This document shows, piece after piece, positions 27,905 through 33,406 of a stretch of DNA of 33,406 nucleotides (its first letter is position 1; each line of letters opens with the position of its first letter). A model generated the notes under the pieces. The model saw nothing but the letters and a program-made list of their open reading frames with translations. It did no database searches and had not been told where the DNA came from. The stretch lies in the IMG/VR virus record IMGVR_UViG_3300044513_002211, positions 1-33,406 of that record. The stretch is one strand, 5' to 3'. The DNA comes from a virus (lineage: Duplodnaviria > Caudoviricetes). Position numbers and translations under genes: made by a program.

Positions 27905-30900
27905 CCTTGACCTTTGTAGTTGTGAACCTACCAGTGAAGGAAGTGGACGAAGTTGCAGCAGCAGATTTTGTCAGATTGACCTGAACATTGTTACCAACAA
28001 CCACAACATCTGCATCCACCAAATCATTGGCAGAGGTTACAGAGTTTGTGATAGTTGCATACGCTGTTGTACCAGATGCTGCACAAACCGAGGTAACTTC
28101 AAGCATATGAACCTTACCATCATCACTTTCAATTGTAACCAAACTCTTAGCCCCTTTATAAGAAGTTTTATCAAATTGAACGATAGTAGAAGATGCGCTG
28201 AAGGAAGAAAGTTCACCACCTTCCACCCTACAATCAACCAATTCTACAAATTTAGCTGTACTGTCAAATACTGTCAGATAAGATTCTGTACCAGAGTTCC
28301 AACCACGGTTAATCTTCCAAGCTGCTTCTGCTCCATTACCATCAAGACTAATAAATGGTTTGCTGTCAAGTTGAGTTATAAAATCTTGCTGGAGAATGTC
28401 AAGTCTTGCATAAGAATCTGCAGTATTTGCAATAGCAGTAACTGGGAAACTAACGTTATTAGCAGGAGATGCTCCCCCTAATGTTCCCCCATCAATAGTA
28501 ATAATTTCCCCGACTTCATAATTGGATCCAGCAGCAACGAGAGTTACACTCTGGACAGACCCTGCAACATCAATAACAACATCAAATGTTGCACCAGATC
28601 CTTCAAATTGTGAGGAAGTCGTTACTGAATTAAAAGTTGTAGATGGAGTATATGCTGCTGCCGTAGACGTAATGGATCCAATAGTAGCAACTTCACCCAA
28701 AATAGCAACGGACTTAAGTCTAAGACCTCCAGTGATTTCCAAATCCTTTTGAGATCTTACTTGAATGACAGAAGATCCAAGGGTCTCAACATTCAATGGA
28801 TTTTGCCCAAAAGTTACTCCATTGAGAGTGAGAGTTCCGCTAGTTTCAAAAGTCTTAGCTGTATAGAGTTTGAACTTGTCTTGAACGATATCAAGACTGT
28901 TTACACCCTGGTTATAGAAGAAGAATGTATCTTCACCGCTACCAGGAGAAAGTTCTGTAAGGATATATGTATCCTGGTTTACGTCACGGACCCCACCAAG
29001 AGAAACAAAGTCAGTTCCGTTATAACCTTCAAACTGCAATTGGGTGGTGTTAAATCTAACAGCACCAACTTTTCTATCAATAGCATCTGGTCTATCATTA
29101 GTTGTACCAGCTGGGATGATTAAAGAAGAATTTGTGTCAATCCATACATCTTTATTGGAGGATGGTTTAATTCTAATTCCAAAACCTTCAACTCTCGTAA
29201 CTGTGATAGTTTGACCAGATCCCGCACCAACCACTCCAGAATCTAAAGTGATGGTTTCATTCACTACATAATTGCCACCACCAGCACTCTTGGTTAGAGT
29301 TGTGATATTACCAGTTCCATCTACTACAACAGTAAATTCTGCTCCTGTTCCAGATCCACTACCCGTCCCACTTACATTTGTATAAGATCCAGGAGTATAT
29401 CCAGTTCCAGTTCCAGTTAATGTGAATGCAATCAAACTTCCAAAAGAAGATGCTGCACCCAAAGAATTATTTCCTACTGTTCCATTGTACAGGAACAATT
29501 CAGAATTTACAGTAAGAGTTCCCTCTGTAAAGGTATCTCCCGAATCGCTCTCTACTCTGAACTTTTCGGTAGATCCATCAGTAATTGACAGATGTGAATC
29601 TACTCCTCCTGTGATAGTAAAGTTACCAGTTCCTTTAGGTATAAAATTAATACCGACATTGGTATCTGTGCCAATTGCTTCAATGGAAGCATCATTGTTA
29701 ATTCTGAGTTGAGTAGCTGCATCACCAATATCTACACTTTCTCCAACCGCATTGATTTTAAAGAAGGGGGTTGGCTCTGTAAGATTTTGATCGACAACCA
29801 AATCCAATGACAGATCAAAACCAGTTCCACTAATACTGCCTCTTTGAACTCCAGAAACAGTTAAACCAATGTCATCAGATCCAGCTCGATATAAACCAGT
29901 AGTGCTGGAATTTTGGAATGTTATTGTTGGAAGTACATCGGTTCCATCCTGGAATTTGATATTTGCATTATCAATATCATTATCATTACCAGTAGCAATA
30001 ATATTATTTGGGAAAGTTGCATTTCCAACAACATTCAAAGTTCCATCAATTTGAGTATTACCACTAACTCCTAAAGTTCCAGCAATTTGAGTATTACCAG
30101 TAATACCATCTACATTAAATTTGTTTATATTGATGTCAAGAGATCCGTCTTGTTCAATAACAACATTTTCACCACTAAACTTACCATCGTATCCAATTCT
30201 GAATACATTTCTTTCAGTGACAGATCCTACACTGATTTCAAAATCAGTTCCTGATCCATTATCTAAAACTGATGGTGGAACACTGATAAGATCACCAACT
30301 TTAAAGTTTCTTCCCGCTTCACCTACGTTTGCTGCTACTAAAAATCCAGCTTTGTTTACAGTGAACTGGAATCCAGATCCACCACCAGCACCAACATCAG
30401 CATCATCTACGGAAAGAACATCACCGACTTGATAACCACTACCATTTAAAGAAATATTGGATACTGAGCTAATAGAAGTGTCGTTAGAAGTAATCGCAAA
30501 CGACATTCCAGATCCACTAAAGACCCCACCTCCCTGATCTCCAATTTGGAATTTGTCAATATATACGGTTTGACCTACTCCATAATCATCACCTTGATTA
30601 GTGAAAGTTACATCAGTGACAACTCCACTTGCAACAGTTACATCCGCTATCAATCCACTACCGTAAGTTCCCGTAGCTCCCGTGGAAGTTGTAACGCCAC
30701 CAACTCTACCCATACCAATACCATGGGAAGTGCATCCATAATCATAAGGAGAAGAGGTTGCATATGTCTTTACAATAACCTCTGCGTATGCGTCTGCAGT
30801 GCCAGCAGTTCCAATATTCGTTACGCGAATATGATCCCCACCATTTTGATCTGATGGAACATTTAACAGCGTGAATGGATGACCATTATTTGATGCATCA

Positions 30901-33406
30901 GCCTGGACAAACTTATAAGTATTTCCTCTAACGAAATTCAATACTGGTGTTTCAGTACCATTTACCAAAAATCTATCTGCTGTTCCTTGAGCACCAGTTC
31001 CGAGAAGAGTTGCAGATGCACCACCAGAAGATGTGATAGTTTCTGCATCTACAAAGGGACCATTTGTAACACTAGCAAAATAAAGATTTGCAACGTTATA
31101 AGTTACACTATCAATGATTACTCCAGTAATTACTGCAGATGCTCCACCAGCACCAGTTACAGTTTGACCAACAGCAAACGTTCCACTAATACTACCAGAA
31201 TCCAATCCCAAACTTACTCTAGATACAACAGTTAGGGTATATGTTGTCGTGGGATTATTTCTTAGTGTTACTCCTGGATAAGTTCCATCTACATATCCAC
31301 TACCCGCAGTAAGAGTTCCACCAAGACCTACAATAGTGATATCTGCCGAAGAATTAGTTCCACTGCCTCCAGTAAACTGAACTCCAGTATATGTACCAGG
31401 AGCATATCCAGATCCACCTTGGGTAATTGTACCATCAACGGATTGGATATCTAATGATAGTGTTCCATCACTACCAGATCCTCCAGAAATAGTAGCTGTG
31501 GGTGTGGTGGAGTATTTTTCTCCAGCATTTATCAAAGTTACACTGGTTACAATGCCAGTAGTCTCATCAATTGAAGCCTCAGCTGCAGCATCAAATAATG
31601 GAGATCCTCCCGTGAGAGACACTGTTGGAGTTTTGATATATCCCCTACCATTATTGGTTAAAGTAATAGAATTAATTACATATCCAAGGGTAGTCGTCGC
31701 TGCACCATTAGTTGCATATCCACTATCGACCAAATTTGGAACTATAGTTAATGTTGGTGCTGAAGAATATTTACCTCCAGAATCTGCAGTAATAGAAGTT
31801 ACACCAGATCCTACAGTGAATGATATGTTAATTCCAGTTCCACCTCCACTTGGAGTAACTAATACTGCTCCATCAACGTGTCCAGTTCCCTGGTCCGTAA
31901 TTGTAATTGCAGTAATAGCACCAGTAATACCATCTACTGTTGCTGTACCAGTTGCCTCAACACCAATGAGTTTATGTGTTTCTGCTTGACCACTACCTCC
32001 ATTCGATGTGAGGTTAATTACAGATCCACCTTGAGTTGCAGATAATTTTAGTTTTCCATTTGTGATGTCAAGTTCTCTTACATAATAAGTAACACCGTCT
32101 GTTAATCCAATATTTAATGTGCCACCGTCTTTATCGTATACAACTCTGTCATTTACAGCAAATGGAGTTGATCCAATAGAAATCCAATCACCAGCACTTT
32201 CTACCGACAAATCTGTAGAGAAAGAAAACTCAGATGGTGGACTAAAGGTTACTGCACCTGCAGCATATCCACTTCCACCACTTTGTAGAGCATAATCAAC
32301 AATTCTACCAGTAGAAGATCTAGAGATTGTAAAGTTTGGATCTCCGCCTCCATCTGCGGTAGTTCCGTTGATGGTGATTGTTGGATCTGTGCTGAATCCA
32401 GCTCCAGGATTTGTTATGACTACATCCTTAACTTGACCAATAGTTTCTAAAGCGACTGTTGCAGTTGCTGGGTCAAATGGTTCTGATCCAATGTCTACGT
32501 TTACGGACCCTCCAGGATATCCACTTCCTTCAACATCAATGGAGATTACGTTGATACCTGTAGTTTGCAACAGCAAATTGTTGTAGGATGCTGTTGATGC
32601 AGAACTAACTTTCTGAATTTCAATGCCATTTAAAGATGTAGCGATTGAAGTATTATTTGGTCCTTCAATTCCAAGTAATTTTGATGTATTGAAAAAGTTA
32701 GTTTCTGTAGTAATTACCTCTGCATTCAGCAGGATGTCCTCATTTGTTGAGGGATCAATAATAATATTACCAGAAGTAGAACTTAAAGTATTTCCAGAAA
32801 GTCTAAGATTTCCAGTCTCTACGAATGCTGGGAAGATTCTGGTAGTACCAGTTGGATCACTCAGAGTGATGTTTGCTGCTTCCTGTGCAGTGCTAGTGGA
32901 CTGAAACTGAACGTTACCTGTCTGTTGATCAACTATAAATGCATCACCAATTCGGAAGTCGCCCTTCTCGTTAGTTGCAGAGTAGAAGATACGACCACCA
33001 TTGGTCTCGGTTACTTCATTTGCAGGAATAGCAAGGTCTGGGTCGTTTGTAAAGTCTGCACCAGAACCAATGTATGCAAAGTTATGTCCTGTCAGTAGAA
33101 GTTTAACACCAGCACCATCGGCAATAGCACCCTTAGTGCCATAGATGTTTGCAGAAGCAATAGAACGCAACTCAGCACCAAACTGAGCATAATCAGCGGT
33201 CAGTAAGGATGTTGCAGAATCTCCGCCGCTGGAACGAATATCTTTTACGCCCTTCCCGCTATCTGTAATAGTTGTGGAACCATCAGTACCATCAAAGTGG
33301 AGGAGAAGGACCGTAAAGAGGTCAGTTGTAAATGCTGCGGTTGGAGCAGTGAACGCACCAGTGTATCGTGCAGATGCTTTGGATACACGAACTTCGTCAA
33401 TATGTC
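27900..33406 (-). CDS. Giant virion structural / fibre protein, 5'-truncated (>1830 aa)
   Basis: The frame stays open beyond the listed TTG at 33170 to the window edge and reads HIDEVRVSKASARYTGAFTAPTAAFTTDLFTVLLLHFDG (end of a LamG-like domain). It has many GSGY repeats, a cupredoxin-like module and an IPAGTTNDRP..RFNT motif. Confidence 0.88.
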   Translation of the reverse strand, partial: HIDEVRVSKASARYTGAFTAPTAAFTTDLFTVLLLHFDGTDGSTTITDSGKGVKDIRSSGGDSATSLLTADYAQFGAELRSIASANIYGTKGAIADGAGVKLLLTGHNFAYIGSGADFTNDPDLAIPANEVTETNGGRIFYSATNEKGDFRIGDAFIVDQQTGNVQFQSTSTAQEAANITLSDPTGTTRIFPAFVETGNLRLSGNTLSSTSGNIIIDPSTNEDILLNAEVITTETNFFNTSKLLGIEGPNNTSIATSLNGIEIQKVSSASTASYNNLLLQTTGINVISIDVEGSGYPGGSVNVDIGSEPFDPATATVALETIGQVKDVVITNPGAGFSTDPTITINGTTADGGGDPNFTISRSSTGRIVDYALQSGGSGYAAGAVTFSPPSEFSFSTDLSVESAGDWISIGSTPFAVNDRVVYDKDGGTLNIGLTDGVTYYVRELDITNGKLKLSATQGGSVINLTSNGGSGQAETHKLIGVEATGTATVDGITGAITAITITDQGTGHVDGAVLVTPSGGGTGINISFTVGSGVTSITADSGGKYSSAPTLTIVPNLVDSGYATNGAATTTLGYVINSITLTNNGRGYIKTPTVSLTGGSPLFDAAAEASIDETTGIVTSVTLINAGEKYSTTPTATISGGSGSDGTLSLDIQSVDGTITQGGSGYAPGTYTGVQFTGGSGTNSSADITIVGLGGTLTAGSGYVDGTYPGVTLRNNPTTTYTLTVVSRVSLGLDSGSISGTFAVGQTVTGAGGASAVITGVIIDSVTYNVANLYFASVTNGPFVDAETITSSGGASATLLGTGAQGTADRFLVNGTETPVLNFVRGNTYKFVQADASNNGHPFTLLNVPSDQNGGDHIRVTNIGTAGTADAYAEVIVKTYATSSPYDYGCTSHGIGMGRVGGVTTSTGATGTYGSGLIADVTVASGVVTDVTFTNQGDDYGVGQTVYIDKFQIGDQGGGVFSGSGMSFAITSNDTSISSVSNISLNGSGYQVGDVLSVDDADVGAGGGSGFQFTVNKAGFLVAANVGEAGRNFKVGDLISVPPSVLDNGSGTDFEISVGSVTERNVFRIGYDGKFSGENVVIEQDGSLDININKFNVDGITGNTQIAGTLGVSGNTQIDGTLNVVGNATFPNNIIATGNDNDIDNANIKFQDGTDVLPTITFQNSSTTGLYRAGSDDIGLTVSGVQRGSISGTGFDLSLDLVVDQNLTEPTPFFKINAVGESVDIGDAATQLRINNDASIEAIGTDTNVGINFIPKGTGNFTITGGVDSHLSITDGSTEKFRVESDSGDTFTEGTLTVNSELFLYNGTVGNNSLGAASSFGSLIAFTLTGTGTGYTPGSYTNVSGTGSGSGTGAEFTVVVDGTGNITTLTKSAGGGNYVVNETITLDSGVVGAGSGQTITVTRVEGFGIRIKPSSNKDVWIDTNSSLIIPAGTTNDRPDAIDRKVGAVRFNTTQLQFEGYNGTDFVSLGGVRDVNQDTYILTELSPGSGEDTFFFYNQGVNSLDIVQDKFKLYTAKTFETSGTLTLNGVTFGQNPLNVETLGSSVIQVRSQKDLEITGGLRLKSVAILGEVATIGSITSTAAAYTPSTTFNSVTTSSQFEGSGATFDVVIDVAGSVQSVTLVAAGSNYEVGEIITIDGGTLGGASPANNVSFPVTAIANTADSYARLDILQQDFITQLDSKPFISLDGNGAEAAWKINRGWNSGTESYLTVFDSTAKFVELVDCRVEGGELSSFSASSTIVQFDKTSYKGAKSLVTIESDDGKVHMLEVTSVCAASGTTAYATITNSVTSANDLVDADVVVVGNNVQVNLTKSAAATSSTSFTGRFTTTKVKV

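Noticed and set aside
27783-28481. 232-aa plus-strand ORF
   Set aside because: Antisense to two well-supported minus-strand genes, with a Cys/Arg-rich composition typical of shadow ORFs.
378-32904. Other plus-strand ORFs and short alternative-frame minus-strand ORFs (e.g. 21801-22451, 23472-24047, 31498-31989)
   Set aside because: All overlap long coding genes and have no recognisable motifs; codon bias of the real genes explains them.
33168-33170. TTG start listed for the 1756-aa ORF
   Set aside because: The frame is open to the window edge and encodes a LamG-like motif upstream, so the real start lies outside the window.
1-33406. tRNA, rRNA, CRISPR array, intron/intein or IS element
   Set aside because: Intergenic gaps are under about 40 nt, and no such repeats or motifs were seen by eye.

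Overview
The window is one minus-strand, tightly packed virion-morphogenesis region of a T4-like myovirus. The gp13-gp16 sequences, giant fibre genes, multiple 2OG-Fe(II) oxygenases and (A/C)TAAATA late promoters point to a marine cyanomyovirus (Kyanoviridae-like). Transcription order from right to left: a >1830-aa fibre/baseplate-associated protein cut by the window edge; a 177-aa structural protein; a 3211-aa tail fibre; three short fibre/adhesin genes that share an N-terminal motif, each followed by a small ORF; five Fe(II)/2OG-type oxygenases and a class-III PLP aminotransferase; a 1703-aa subtilase-Ig protein; then gp13, gp14, gp15 and gp16. Four observations stand out. (1) The giant fibre has two helical repeats resembling phycobiliprotein beta subunits, each keeping two cysteines at bilin-attachment-like positions. 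(2) Two virion proteins carry type-1-copper (cupredoxin)-like H...CxxHxx(x)M modules. (3) An intact S8 protease with an Ig stalk sits at the wac/fibritin position. (4) The oxygenase/aminotransferase cassette lies downstream of late promoters among the fibre genes. All assignments come from motif reading by eye; no searches were run.
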